Below, piece by piece: positions 1 to 9,535 of a stretch of DNA of 64,000 nucleotides. Where the stretch lies: contig CAZDLW010000002.1 of NCBI GenBank assembly GCA_964505975.1, forward strand, positions 2,915 to 66,914, given 5' to 3'. Both the position numbers and the translations under genes were made by a program. The DNA comes from an uncultured Bifidobacteriaceae bacterium. Its GTDB lineage: Bacteria; Acidobacteriota; Vicinamibacteria; Vicinamibacterales; UBA2999. The notes under the pieces were generated by a model. It did not search any database. It was not told the DNA's origin and saw nothing but the letters and a program-made list of their open reading frames with translations. Numbering within the stretch: the first letter of the stretch is position 1; the number at the start of each line of letters is the position of its first letter.

Positions 1-1
1 C

Positions 2-502
2 GCCGCTGAAGGTCCTCCGACCAACGGGTCGTCGCACCGGCGCTGGGGATCGCGCGAGGCGGAAATCGTCCACGTGGAGCTGCAGCGGGCCGATGGATCG
101 GTCTCTCACGTCTTTCAATCGGGGGAACCGATGGAGATCGTCGTGGGAGTGCATGCTCACCAACCGCTCCGCGATTTCGTGTTCGGCATCGGTCTGTTCA
201 ACGCTGATGGCGTGTGCTGCTACGGCAGCAACACGTCGATCGAAGGTGGCCAGCCCGGGGAGCTGAGGGGGGAGGCCGAGGTGCGTGTCCGCATCGATCG
301 GCTCGACCTCGTTGCCGGCACGTATCGCCTGGACGTGGCCGTGCACCGTGAGAACGGTGTGCCGTACGATTACCACCGCCTCATGTATACGTTTCGCGTG
401 ACGTCGCCGGTGAAGGACACGGGCATCTACAGGCCCCAACACCGGTGGACGTTCTCGGGCAACGTCCGCATGCTGGTGGCCCCCCCTGACACCAAGGAGT
501 AG
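2..502 (+). CDS. Polysaccharide/O-antigen-type ABC exporter ATP-binding protein, C-terminal fragment (5' end outside window)
   Basis: The frame is open from nt 2 to the stop at 502. The tail 'RRWGSREAEIVHVELQRADG...FGIGLFNADGVCCYGSNT...YRLDVAVH' resembles the Wzt/TagH-type C-terminal beta-sandwich domain. The listed GTG at 74 is probably internal. Confidence 0.55.
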   Translation, partial: AAEGPPTNGSSHRRWGSREAEIVHVELQRADGSVSHVFQSGEPMEIVVGVHAHQPLRDFVFGIGLFNADGVCCYGSNTSIEGGQPGELRGEAEVRVRIDRLDLVAGTYRLDVAVHRENGVPYDYHRLMYTFRVTSPVKDTGIYRPQHRWTFSGNVRMLVAPPDTKE

Positions 503-518
503 CGCGTACCGAGGTTGC

Positions 519-1025
519 ATGGTTCGGAACACCAGCCGTCCGCAAGTGCTGACCTCGAGCCAGGTTGCCGACTTCGTCCAATCCGTGCGGGCGAGCCGCC
601 ATACAGTGGTGTTCACCAATGGAGTGTTCGACGTGCTCCACACTGGTCACGTCAGGTATCTGCAGCGCGCCCGGGCGCTCGGAGACGCGCTCGTCGTGGC
701 GGTCAACTCCGATCGGTCCGTGCGTGCCACCAAGGGACCGGACAGACCGATTACTCCGGATCGGGAGCGGGCCGAGGTGCTTGCCGCCCTCGCGTGCGTT
801 GATGCCGTCGTGATTTTCGACGAAGACACACCTTACGGGATCATCGACCGGCTCCAACCGGACGTGCTGGTGAAAGGCGCTGACTGGGGGCCGGACGAGA
901 TCGTGGGCCGCGACCTGGTCGAAGCGCGTGGTGGGCGTGTCGCTCGCATTCCGGTCGTGCAGGGGCTCTCGACGACCGAAATCGTGCGTCGTGTCAGGGG
1001 AAACGAAACGGGACGCGGCTCCTGA
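519..1025 (+). CDS. hldC: D-glycero-beta-D-manno-heptose 1-phosphate adenylyltransferase (RfaE domain II / HldC-type cytidylyltransferase fold)
   Basis: 'VVFTNGVFDVLHTGHVRYLQRARALGDALVVAVNSDRSVR...KGADW' carries the HxGH nucleotidyltransferase motif and has stand-alone RfaE-II length (168 aa). Confidence 0.85.
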   Translation: MVRNTSRPQVLTSSQVADFVQSVRASRHTVVFTNGVFDVLHTGHVRYLQRARALGDALVVAVNSDRSVRATKGPDRPITPDRERAEVLAALACVDAVVIFDEDTPYGIIDRLQPDVLVKGADWGPDEIVGRDLVEARGGRVARIPVVQGLSTTEIVRRVRGNETGRGS

Positions 1026-1221
1026 CGTGAATGTCGTACGCGTGGTGAGCCTGGCGCGGGGCGCTCATGTTGCGTACACACCCGTCCTGTACAGCGGCCC
1101 GTCGCGGGGCGTGGCAGAGACGCTGGTCCTGACGAGTTGCCGTCCCAAGCGTTGGCCCGCCCCGTGCGGGCACCCTCAACTCGCGGAACCCATGTCAAAA
1201 TAGACAGTTGCTCCGGGCTCG

Positions 1222-4200
1222 ATGACCACCGCTACATCCCTGACCCTTCGGGCACTGTTCAGCCGCGCGGCGTTTGCCGCCGGGCTGGATCGCCTCGGTC
1301 CCGTGACGGCCGGGCTCGTACCGGCCGCCAAGGCGCTGGCGGCCGTGGCGAGCGCGAAGGCGGTGGCCGGCCTGACCGTCCTGGTGGTGCCGACGGACCG
1401 CGACGTCGAGCACATGACTGCTGATGCCCGCTTCTTCTACGGGGCGCTCGAGGGAGCGTCGGAGACGGACGTCGAGCGAGCGGTACTGCCCTTTCCATCG
1501 CTCCAGGTGGACCCTTACCGAGGGATGACACCGCACTTCCGCGTCTCCGCCGCTCGGGCGCGCGCCTTGTATGGGGTGGCCGCACGATCGGCCCACCTGC
1601 TCGTGGCATCGGCCGCTGCGTTGTTGCCGCGCGTCAGTCCGCCAGGACGGTTGCTGGCAGCCTCGCACGAGATTCACACCGGTACCGAGATCGCCCCCCA
1701 GGATCTGGCAGAGCTGCTCGCGGACGGCGGTTTCACCCGCGAGGATCCGGTGGACGAGCATGGTGCCTTCACGATTCGTGGGGGGATCGTCGACATTTTC
1801 CCCGCACACGATGCCGAGCCGGTCCGGGTGGAGTTCGTCGGCGACATCGTGGAGTCGTTGCGCCGCTTCGACCCGGCCACGCAGCGTTCCACCGGCGTGA
1901 TCGATCAGGTCCTGATCGTTCCTGTACGCGAGCGCTTCGATGTGGAAGACGGCAATGGATACCGAGGTGCGTCGCGACCGACAATCTCGGTCCTGGAGTT
2001 CCTGTCCCTCGCTGGCGGTGTCCGGGTGCTCGTGTCGGAGTTCGACCAGGTGGACGAGCAGGCGCGCAGGGTGCGGACCGCCCTCGAGGCGAGTCATGCC
2101 GATGCGACGGCACGTGGGCATGTTGCCGTCCCTCCACTGGTCGAGGCCTTCGTCGAGTGGAGCGATCTGCTGCCTCGTCTCGCCGCGGCCGAGCGGTTGG
2201 AGGAGTTGGCCATCGATGGGCAACCGGAGGCCGCCCCCGCGAGATATGTCCGATGCCAGCCCGCAATGGACGTTCACGGCCGCATCGGGGATTGGATCGC
2301 CGATATCCGGCTGGCGCGTGAACGCGGCGATTCCGTGCTCTTCATCGCGGGGAGCGCGGGTCGTGCCGAACGGACGCTGGAGATCCTGCAGGATTACGAG
2401 ATTGTCGCCGTCCCCGTAGAACGCTGCGAGGATGCCCATGCCGCGTCCGTGCTCGTGGCGGTGGGCTCCCTCTCACGGGGGTTCCGCCTGGCGGATGCCG
2501 CCCTGCAGATCTACGCCGAGACGGACGTCTTCGACGAGGAACGTCGAGCACCCGATCAGCGCCGCAGTCTGACGAAGGCGTTTCTGTCGGATCTCCGGGA
2601 TTTGCGGGTCGGCGATCTCGTCGTGCACGTGGACCACGGGATCGGCGAGTTCGTAGGACTGAAGCAGCTGAGCACCCGGACCTCTGTGGGAGCCGGCGGT
2701 GAATTGCAGGAGTTTCTCGAGCTGCGTTATCACGGCGACGACAAGCTCTTCGTGCCCGTGGAGCGCCTCGATCTCATTCAGAAGTACACCGGCGGTGCCC
2801 GCCCGACGGTCGATCGCCTTGGCGGCACCACATGGGAGAAGGCCAAGTCGCGCGTCAAGAAGGCCATGCGCGACATGGCGGAGGAACTGCTGAAGCTCTA
2901 TGCGCAGCGAAGGTCGATTGCCGGCCACGCCTTTGCACCAGACACCCATTGGCAAGAGGAGTTCGAAAGCGCGTTCCCCTACGAATTGACGCCCGATCAG
3001 GCAACGGCGACCGCCGATATCAAGCGCGACATGGAAGCACCTGTGCCCATGGATCGACTGCTGTGCGGGGACGTCGGCTATGGCAAGACCGAGGTGGCCA
3101 TGCGCGCTGCGTTCAAAGCCGTCATGGATGGGAAGCAGGTGGCCATTCTGGCGCCCACGACCGTCCTGGCCTTTCAGCACATGAAGACGCTGCGCGAGCG
3201 CTTCGCAGGGTTCCCGGTTGCCGTCGAGATGGTGAGCCGCTTCCGGACGAAGCAGGAGATAGCGGACGTGCTCGAGGGTCTGCGGGCCGGCAAGGCGGAC
3301 ATCATCGTCGGCACCCACCGGCTCTTGTCCAGGGACGTGCACTTCAAGGACCTTGGCCTGCTCGTTGTGGACGAGGAGCAGCGGTTCGGTGTCGCCCACA
3401 AAGAGCGCATCAAGCAGATGCGTAAGAAGGTGGACGTCCTGACAATGACCGCGACGCCCATTCCGAGGACGTTGAACATGTCGCTCGTGGGCATTCGCGA
3501 CATGTCGATCATCGAGACCCCACCGAAGGACAGGCTCTCAATCCAGACCAACGTCGTCAAGTTCGACGCTCCCGTCATCGAGCGGGCGATTCGAAACGAA
3601 CTGGCGCGCGGCGGGCAGATATATTTCGTGCACAACCGGGTCGAGTCGATATTTTCGATCGGCAGCTTGCTTCAACGCCTCGTGCCCGAAGCCCGTATCG
3701 TGGTCGGGCATGGACAAATGGAGGAGGATGCGCTGGAACGGGCCATGTTGGGGTTCGTCGAGCGCAAGTACGACGTCCTGCTTGCCACCACGATCGTCGA
3801 AAACGGGCTGGACATTCCCAACGCGAACACCATCATCATCAACCGCGCAGACCGGTATGGCCTGTCCCAGTTGTACCAGCTGCGAGGCCGCGTGGGACGC
3901 TCGGATCGGGCCGCGTATGCGTATCTCCTGATCCCGCCGCAGGAGTCGTTGTCGCCGGTCGCTCGGAAGCGCCTCGCGGCGATTCGTGAGTTCAGCGATC
4001 TCGGCAGCGGCTTTCGGGTGGCCGCGCTGGACCTCGAGATCCGTGGCGCGGGCAACCTGCTGGGTGGCGAGCAGAGCGGCCACATCGATGCGGTCGGGTT
4101 CGAGATGTACATGAAGTTGCTCGAGGAGACGGTCCGCGAGCTGAAGGGCGAAGAGCTCGAGGACGATCGTCGGGCGGCCGTGAACCTCGGCGTGGATCTC

Positions 4201-4755
4201 AAGATCGACGAGCGCTATGTCCCGGACATGAACCAGCGGCTCATGGTGTACCGGAAAATCGCTGCCGCCAGAACGCCCCAGGAGCTCGATACAGCCGTTG
4301 GCGAGATCCGCGACCGTTACGGGGTGCCGCCGCCGTCATTCCTGAATCTTGCCGAGTACGGTCGGATCCGCATCATGGCCGACCGACTCGGTGTGGAGGC
4401 CATCGACCGGAACGGACGGCTCATCGTCATCAGGTTCCGGCCCAGCGCGAACGTGGACCCGGTGCGGCTCGTGAAGGTGGTGAGCACCTGGCCAGGAACC
4501 ATGCTCGTTCCACCAGTGTCCCTCAAACTGGATCTCGAAGCCGTGCCCGACCCGCCAGCGCGCGCGCGACGTTCTGGAGCGGGCGGTGACCGCACACATG
4601 CGGGAAGCAGCTGGTGGACAACGCGCGCCACAGCGGGGCACGTGAGCCCGGGGTTCTCGAAGGCCGAGATCTTACGCAGACCTCAGGAGGACCCGAGGGC
4701 GGAAGGGGGGATGTTCGAGCGGCTGGGAGGATTGCTGGGCGCTCTTGGCCAGTGA
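1222..4755 (+). CDS. mfd: Transcription-repair coupling factor Mfd
   Basis: 1177 aa with a UvrB-homology N-terminus and a CarD-like segment ('VGDLVVHVDHGIGEF'). It also has the superfamily-2 helicase motifs 'GDVGYGKTEVAMRAAF', 'VVDEEQRFGV', 'TATPIPRT' and 'QLRGRVGRS', plus a TRCF C-terminal domain. Confidence 0.95.
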   Translation: MTTATSLTLRALFSRAAFAAGLDRLGPVTAGLVPAAKALAAVASAKAVAGLTVLVVPTDRDVEHMTADARFFYGALEGASETDVERAVLPFPSLQVDPYRGMTPHFRVSAARARALYGVAARSAHLLVASAAALLPRVSPPGRLLAASHEIHTGTEIAPQDLAELLADGGFTREDPVDEHGAFTIRGGIVDIFPAHDAEPVRVEFVGDIVESLRRFDPATQRSTGVIDQVLIVPVRERFDVEDGNGYRGASRPTISVLEFLSLAGGVRVLVSEFDQVDEQARRVRTALEASHADATARGHVAVPPLVEAFVEWSDLLPRLAAAERLEELAIDGQPEAAPARYVRCQPAMDVHGRIGDWIADIRLARERGDSVLFIAGSAGRAERTLEILQDYEIVAVPVERCEDAHAASVLVAVGSLSRGFRLADAALQIYAETDVFDEERRAPDQRRSLTKAFLSDLRDLRVGDLVVHVDHGIGEFVGLKQLSTRTSVGAGGELQEFLELRYHGDDKLFVPVERLDLIQKYTGGARPTVDRLGGTTWEKAKSRVKKAMRDMAEELLKLYAQRRSIAGHAFAPDTHWQEEFESAFPYELTPDQATATADIKRDMEAPVPMDRLLCGDVGYGKTEVAMRAAFKAVMDGKQVAILAPTTVLAFQHMKTLRERFAGFPVAVEMVSRFRTKQEIADVLEGLRAGKADIIVGTHRLLSRDVHFKDLGLLVVDEEQRFGVAHKERIKQMRKKVDVLTMTATPIPRTLNMSLVGIRDMSIIETPPKDRLSIQTNVVKFDAPVIERAIRNELARGGQIYFVHNRVESIFSIGSLLQRLVPEARIVVGHGQMEEDALERAMLGFVERKYDVLLATTIVENGLDIPNANTIIINRADRYGLSQLYQLRGRVGRSDRAAYAYLLIPPQESLSPVARKRLAAIREFSDLGSGFRVAALDLEIRGAGNLLGGEQSGHIDAVGFEMYMKLLEETVRELKGEELEDDRRAAVNLGVDLKIDERYVPDMNQRLMVYRKIAAARTPQELDTAVGEIRDRYGVPPPSFLNLAEYGRIRIMADRLGVEAIDRNGRLIVIRFRPSANVDPVRLVKVVSTWPGTMLVPPVSLKLDLEAVPDPPARARRSGAGGDRTHAGSSWWTTRATAGHVSPGFSKAEILRRPQEDPRAEGGMFERLGGLLGALGQ

Positions 4756-4820
4756 CGTGCGGCCACGGATGGAGGCGCCGCATGACGCTGGGGTAAGATA
4801 CTGACGTCCAAGGAATTGTT

Positions 4821-5900
4821 ATGTTCAAGCGAGGCCGAGTCGGCGTCGGAGTGTTGTTCGTCGTTGGGGTGCTCTTGCTGCCGCTTTCGAGGAGTGTGAG
4901 TGCTCAGACTGAGATTCTCGAGCAGGTGCTCGTCCGGGTGAATGGGGAAATCATCACCAAGAGCGAGTTCGAGAGCCGACAGGTGTCCGAGCTGCGCCAG
5001 CGTCCCGAGCTGGCCGGTGCGGCGCTTGGAGGCCTCGAGTTGCAGCGGGCGATTGCCGAGATTACGCCGGAGCTCATTCTCGAGGTCGTGGACGAGATGC
5101 TGCTCGTGCAGCGGGGCCGCGAACAGGGCTGGGCGCTTGGTGACGAGCAGTTCAATCAGATTGTCACGAACATCAAGACCGCGAACAACCTCGAGGATGA
5201 GGAACGCTTCCGGGAAGCCCTCCGCCAGGAGGGCATGTCGATGGCGGACCTGCGCCGCAACCTCGAACGGCAGATGCTGGCCTCACAGGTCCAGCGGCAG
5301 GAAGTCTTCGACAAGGTGAGCGTGAACGAGGAAGAATCGCGCCAATATTACCAGTCCCACCAAGCGGAGTTCACGACGCCCTCGGAGATCACGCTGCGGG
5401 AGATTTTTTTGGAGGTTCCGACGACCGACCGGGGCGTGAACGTGGCGGTGGACGACGAAGTCAGGGCGGTGGCGGGGGAGTTGCACAAGAGACTGCAGGC
5501 CGGGGAGCCCTTCCCCCGCCTGGCCGGCGAGTATTCGGCGGCGCCATCGAAAGCGAATGGAGGTCTCATTGGCCCGCTGAGCAGCGAGGACCTGGCGCCG
5601 CAGCTCCGGACCATGCTCGACGCCATGCGAGTGGGCGATGTAACCGACGTGCTCCGCACACCCCGCGGCTATCAGATCCTGAAACTCGAGTCGCGTACCG
5701 ACACCATCGTGCGTTCGTTCGATGACGCGCGCAACGACATCAGCCGGCGGGTGGCCGAGCAGAAGGCCACCGGTGAGCTGCTGAAGTACCTCGACCGGCT
5801 GCGCGAACAGGCCTCCATCGTCTGGCGGAACGATGAGTTGAAGAAGGCGTACGACCAGGCATTGTCGAAGCGGCGTCAGACCGAGATGAAGACGGAATAG
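4821..5900 (+). CDS. SurA-like periplasmic chaperone / PpiC-type peptidyl-prolyl isomerase
   Basis: Signal peptide 'VGVLFVVGVLLLPLSRSVSAQ', a SurA_N-like helical N-terminus, and a parvulin domain ('ITLREIFLEVP...GGLIGPLSSEDLAPQL...GDVTDVLRTPRGYQILKLE'). Confidence 0.8.
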   Translation: MFKRGRVGVGVLFVVGVLLLPLSRSVSAQTEILEQVLVRVNGEIITKSEFESRQVSELRQRPELAGAALGGLELQRAIAEITPELILEVVDEMLLVQRGREQGWALGDEQFNQIVTNIKTANNLEDEERFREALRQEGMSMADLRRNLERQMLASQVQRQEVFDKVSVNEEESRQYYQSHQAEFTTPSEITLREIFLEVPTTDRGVNVAVDDEVRAVAGELHKRLQAGEPFPRLAGEYSAAPSKANGGLIGPLSSEDLAPQLRTMLDAMRVGDVTDVLRTPRGYQILKLESRTDTIVRSFDDARNDISRRVAEQKATGELLKYLDRLREQASIVWRNDELKKAYDQALSKRRQTEMKTE

Positions 5901-5903
5901 CGC

Positions 5904-6446
5904 ATGGTTGTCCGACAGCCAGAGCGCCCTCGACTGGAGCAGCCCGCACGTCAGACAGGACCGGAGTGGTTTGCGCTGTGGACGCGGTCGCGCCACGAAC
6001 AGGTCGTGCGCGAGCAGCTCGAGCAGAAGAACATCGAGACCTTTCTCCCCACGATCGCCCGCTGGAGCCGCTGGAAGGATCGCAAGAAGCGAATCGAGTG
6101 GCCGTTGTTTCCAGGATACTGTTTCGCGCGCTTCGTGGGGCGAGATCGGCTGCCTGTGCTCACGTGCACCGGGATTGTCACGATTGTGTCGGTTGAAGGA
6201 GAGCCCGCACCGATTCCTGAGCACGAGATCGAGAGTATCCGGCGCCTCGTCCAGAGCGAGCTGGCCTTCGACCCCTGCCCGATGATCAAGGAGGGCATGC
6301 TGGTTGAGGTCGTTCACGGCCCGTTGAAGGGAGTGATCGGCCGTTTGGTGCGGAAGAACGAGAAGGCGCGGTTGGTCTTGTCGGTGGATTTGATTGGACA
6401 GGCGGTCAGTGTCGAGGTCGACGCCGCCGACGTGCGGGCGTATTGA
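5904..6446 (+). CDS. NusG-family transcription antitermination paralog (RfaH/UpxY-like; NGN + KOW)
   Basis: 'WFALWTRSRHEQVVREQLEQKNIETFLP...PLFPGYCFARF' is an NGN domain. 'KEGMLVEVVHGPLKGVIGRLV' is a KOW motif. Confidence 0.75.
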   Translation: MVVRQPERPRLEQPARQTGPEWFALWTRSRHEQVVREQLEQKNIETFLPTIARWSRWKDRKKRIEWPLFPGYCFARFVGRDRLPVLTCTGIVTIVSVEGEPAPIPEHEIESIRRLVQSELAFDPCPMIKEGMLVEVVHGPLKGVIGRLVRKNEKARLVLSVDLIGQAVSVEVDAADVRAY

Positions 6447-6471
6447 AGGCCTGGAGCCACGCGAACTGGTC

Positions 6472-7626
6472 ATGAAGATTGGCAGCGTCGAGTTGGAGAC
6501 CCCGTTTGCGGTGGCACCGATGGCCGGAATGACGGACACCTCGTTTCGGCGATTGGTCAAGCGTCATGGGGGCTGTGGACTGGTCGTCACCGAGATGGTG
6601 TCGTCCGAGGGTCTCGTGCGCGGCATCGACCGGACATTGGAGTACGCGGAGTACACCGAAGAAGAGCGTCCTGTATCCATCCAGATCTTCGGTGGCAATC
6701 CCGAGACGATGGCGGCAGCCGCCGTCGTCGTCGAAGGCATGGGCGCCGACATTGTCGATGTCAACATGGGCTGCCCGGTGCCGAAGATCTCCAGGCACAA
6801 CGCCGGATGCAGTCTCATGCGCGAACCGAAGCACGCCGCCAGCGTCGTGGCAGCGATGGCGAAGGCTGTGAAGATTCCGGTGACTGTCAAGATGCGGGCC
6901 GGGTGGAACGACGGTTCGCTAAATGCGCCGGAGCTGGCGCAGATGGTTCAGGACGCGGGTGCCGCAGCCGTCAGCATCCACGGCCGAACTGCCGAGCAGG
7001 CCTATTCCGGCCGCGCGGACTGGGATCTGGTCGCGCACGTGGCCGAGACGCTTCGAATCCCGGTCTTTGGGAGTGGAGACTGCATTGAACCCGGTCAGGT
7101 GGTCGAGAAGTTGAACTGCGTATCGCCCGTCCGCCGCACAACGCCCAGTCCAGCCGGTGGCGGCGTTCTCGTGGGGCGCGGCGTACTCCGCAATCCGTGG
7201 ATACTCGCGCAGGCCGCCGATCTCGCCGCCGGCCGTGCGCCGCGCACGGTGACGCAGCGGGATCGTGCCCGGTTCTTACTCGAGTACATCGACCTGCTGC
7301 TCAACGAACGGATAGACGAGGCGGAGGGGTTCCGACACACAGCCGTCCTTACCGGCCTCGAGCCGGGGTCGAGCCGTGCGTCTGATGAGCCGGCTGACGC
7401 CTTCCGGACGGGGTCGGTATGTACGCCAGCGCGTGTTGCCGTGGGGCGTCAGCGCTGGGTGATCAACAAGCTTCGCGCCCTGTGCGCCTGGTACTCCAAA
7501 GGGCTCGTCGACGGCTCTCATCTTCGCGTACGCGTGAACGCCGCGCAGAGCATCGCTGAACTGCGGGAAATCATCGATGAGTTCTTCGTGTACAGCGAAA
7601 CTGCCTCTGCCGTCGGGCTCGCCTGA
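6472..7626 (+). CDS. dus: tRNA-dihydrouridine synthase (DusB/NifR3 family)
   Basis: 'FAVAPMAGMTDTSFRRLVKRHG...VDVNMGCPVPKI...GAAAVSIHGRT' are hallmark Dus motifs. Start placed at the ATG at 6472, because the listed ORF start at 6394 overlaps the previous gene. Two apparent insertions relative to the canonical Dus layout. Confidence 0.85.
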   Translation: MKIGSVELETPFAVAPMAGMTDTSFRRLVKRHGGCGLVVTEMVSSEGLVRGIDRTLEYAEYTEEERPVSIQIFGGNPETMAAAAVVVEGMGADIVDVNMGCPVPKISRHNAGCSLMREPKHAASVVAAMAKAVKIPVTVKMRAGWNDGSLNAPELAQMVQDAGAAAVSIHGRTAEQAYSGRADWDLVAHVAETLRIPVFGSGDCIEPGQVVEKLNCVSPVRRTTPSPAGGGVLVGRGVLRNPWILAQAADLAAGRAPRTVTQRDRARFLLEYIDLLLNERIDEAEGFRHTAVLTGLEPGSSRASDEPADAFRTGSVCTPARVAVGRQRWVINKLRALCAWYSKGLVDGSHLRVRVNAAQSIAELREIIDEFFVYSETASAVGLA

Positions 7627-7777
7627 CCCTTCCCTGTGCCTCGTGCGCCCGGCCCTACAGGCTGGGCGCGAACCTCCGATACAACATTTCAGGCCACTTC
7701 ACCGCAACTGAATGGCTGGCGTCGTGCCCGGGCGAACCGCCACCTTCGCGGCACGTGCCATCTCAGGAGTAGACAAG

Positions 7778-8824
7778 ATGACGCCTCGCCGGCGCCAGCA
7801 TGGGAGTGCCCGATCCCAAGCCATGCAGGAAGCCCTGCGGGCCCTGCGGGCCGCGATCGCGCAGCCCGGCGGTGTCCTGATCACGGGTGAACCGGGCAGC
7901 GGCCACGAGGTGTTCGCGCGCGCGGTCCACCTGGGCGCGCGCCTGCACTCGGATGTGCCGGTCGAGCACCTGATCAGGCAGTCGATGCGAGCCGTCGCCG
8001 ATCCCGGGTTCGTGGTCGTGGAGTGCACCGAGGGCGACGCCCTGGACGAGCGCCTGTTTGGTGGGATGGACGCAGGCGCCAGCGGCTGCGAAGCTGTTGC
8101 CGAACGAGTGACTGAGAAGTCCGCGTTCAGCCTGGCACTCGGCGGCACACTTCTCGTCAGGCATGTGTCGGAGATGCCCTCCTCCGTTCGGGCACGCCTG
8201 GCTCGTATGCTGCGGAGCGGACATGTGTGCGTGCATCGTCGCGACGGAATGTCGAATCTGAGGGGCGTCGACGTACGGGTCATTGCAACACTGGAGACTG
8301 GTCACGGCAGGATTGCTCCGGAGCTCTCTCCATACCTGTCGCAGGCGGTGATCGAGGTGCCGCCGCTTCATCGGAGGCGCGAGGATATTCCCGCTCTCGT
8401 TCAGGTGCTGGCGGCGGACCTGTGCGATGCACGCAAGCTGGCCCGAAAAGTCGTGTCCGCGCAGGCCGTCGAGCTGCTGGCGGCATTGCCGTGGCGCGGC
8501 AACATCCGGGAACTGGTCGGGTTTCTGCGTCCGCTCGTCGAGAAGGTGCCCGGCAAGCTGATACGCCTTGCCGATGTGCTCTCGCACGTCCGGTTGGATG
8601 GACCGCACGACGCATTCATTGACGGCGGCACGTTGAAGGAAGCGCGTCGTCGCTTCGAGCGCGAGTACGTGATGCGCGTGATCGATCAGCACCGTGGCCG
8701 CATGTCCGAAGCGGCGAAGGCGCTGGGCATTCAGCGGACGAATCTGTATCGCAAGGTTCGGCAGCTCTCTGTCTCGCGTCAGCTTACTGTGCCTGGGCAC
8801 AGCGACCGAACCGCCGACGCGTAA
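7778..8824 (+). CDS. Sigma-54 activator-like protein with degenerate AAA+ motifs and a Fis-type HTH (probable pseudo-ATPase DNA-binding regulator)
   Basis: EBP-like layout, but Walker A reads 'GEPGSGHE' (Lys to His) and the Walker B position reads 'GTLLVRHVSEM' (no DE). The GAFTGA loop is absent ('FGGMDAGASG'). The C-terminus 'GRMSEAAKALGIQRTNLYRKVRQL' is a Fis/NtrC HTH. Start is uncertain (7712, 7778 or 7823). Confidence 0.7.
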   Translation: MTPRRRQHGSARSQAMQEALRALRAAIAQPGGVLITGEPGSGHEVFARAVHLGARLHSDVPVEHLIRQSMRAVADPGFVVVECTEGDALDERLFGGMDAGASGCEAVAERVTEKSAFSLALGGTLLVRHVSEMPSSVRARLARMLRSGHVCVHRRDGMSNLRGVDVRVIATLETGHGRIAPELSPYLSQAVIEVPPLHRRREDIPALVQVLAADLCDARKLARKVVSAQAVELLAALPWRGNIRELVGFLRPLVEKVPGKLIRLADVLSHVRLDGPHDAFIDGGTLKEARRRFEREYVMRVIDQHRGRMSEAAKALGIQRTNLYRKVRQLSVSRQLTVPGHSDRTADA

Positions 8825-8863
8825 AGAGGCCCGCCGAGGCAGCAGCGTCGCTGGCGCTCGGCA

Positions 8864-9535
8864 GTGGGCACCCGCACCCCCCTGCTACAATTGGCGCGGA
8901 GGCACGACGTGGCCGGAGCCGTGAAGAATCCGCTGCCCAGCAGGCGCGGCGAGCCCGTCTGGGAGCTCGCACTGCTGTATCCCCCCCAGGGCCTGTGGGA
9001 CGAGGGCGACTACCTGGGCCTCGACACGAACCAGCTCATAGAGTTCACCGGCGGCAATCTGGAATTTCTGCCGATGCCCACGGATGAACACCAGACCATC
9101 GTCGATCGGCTGGTCGACATGTTGAAGGCGTACATCGCAAAGCATGGCGCCGGCCTCGTGCGCTACGCGCCCATGCGCCTGAAGGTCGCCGAGGGCAAGT
9201 ACCGCGAGCCGGACATCATGTACCTGCACGACGCCGATGACCCCCGCCGGCGCAATGACGCCTGGACCGGCGCCGATGCAGTCTTCGAGGTCGTCAGCGA
9301 GGGTGGCGAGAATCGTCGACGCGACATCGAGCTCAAGCCAGCGCTCTATGCGGCCGCCGGCATCCCCGAATACTGGATTGTGGACCCGGAGCTCCGGGAG
9401 ATTCGCGTGCTGGCCCTTGCAGGCCATAGCTACGTGGAACACTCCGTCGCGCGGCCGGACCAGGTCGCGGAGTCGCGCCTGCTGACGGGATTCAGTGCCG
9501 CCGCGGCCGACCTGTTTCGAAACATCAAGCGTTAG
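8864..9535 (+). CDS. Uma2-family (DUF820) putative endonuclease
   Basis: 'EFLPMPTDEHQTIVDRL...REPDIMY...ADAVFEVVSEG...DIELKPALYAAAGIPEYWIVDP' follows the typical Uma2 PD-(D/E)xK-like pattern. Start is uncertain. Confidence 0.75.
   Translation: MGTRTPLLQLARRHDVAGAVKNPLPSRRGEPVWELALLYPPQGLWDEGDYLGLDTNQLIEFTGGNLEFLPMPTDEHQTIVDRLVDMLKAYIAKHGAGLVRYAPMRLKVAEGKYREPDIMYLHDADDPRRRNDAWTGADAVFEVVSEGGENRRRDIELKPALYAAAGIPEYWIVDPELREIRVLALAGHSYVEHSVARPDQVAESRLLTGFSAAAADLFRNIKR

Noticed and set aside
8864-9535. Uma2-family nuclease as a possible defence or mobile element marker.
   Set aside because: It is a lone gene. It has no partner genes, integrase or flanking repeats, and no compositional break beyond its own gap.
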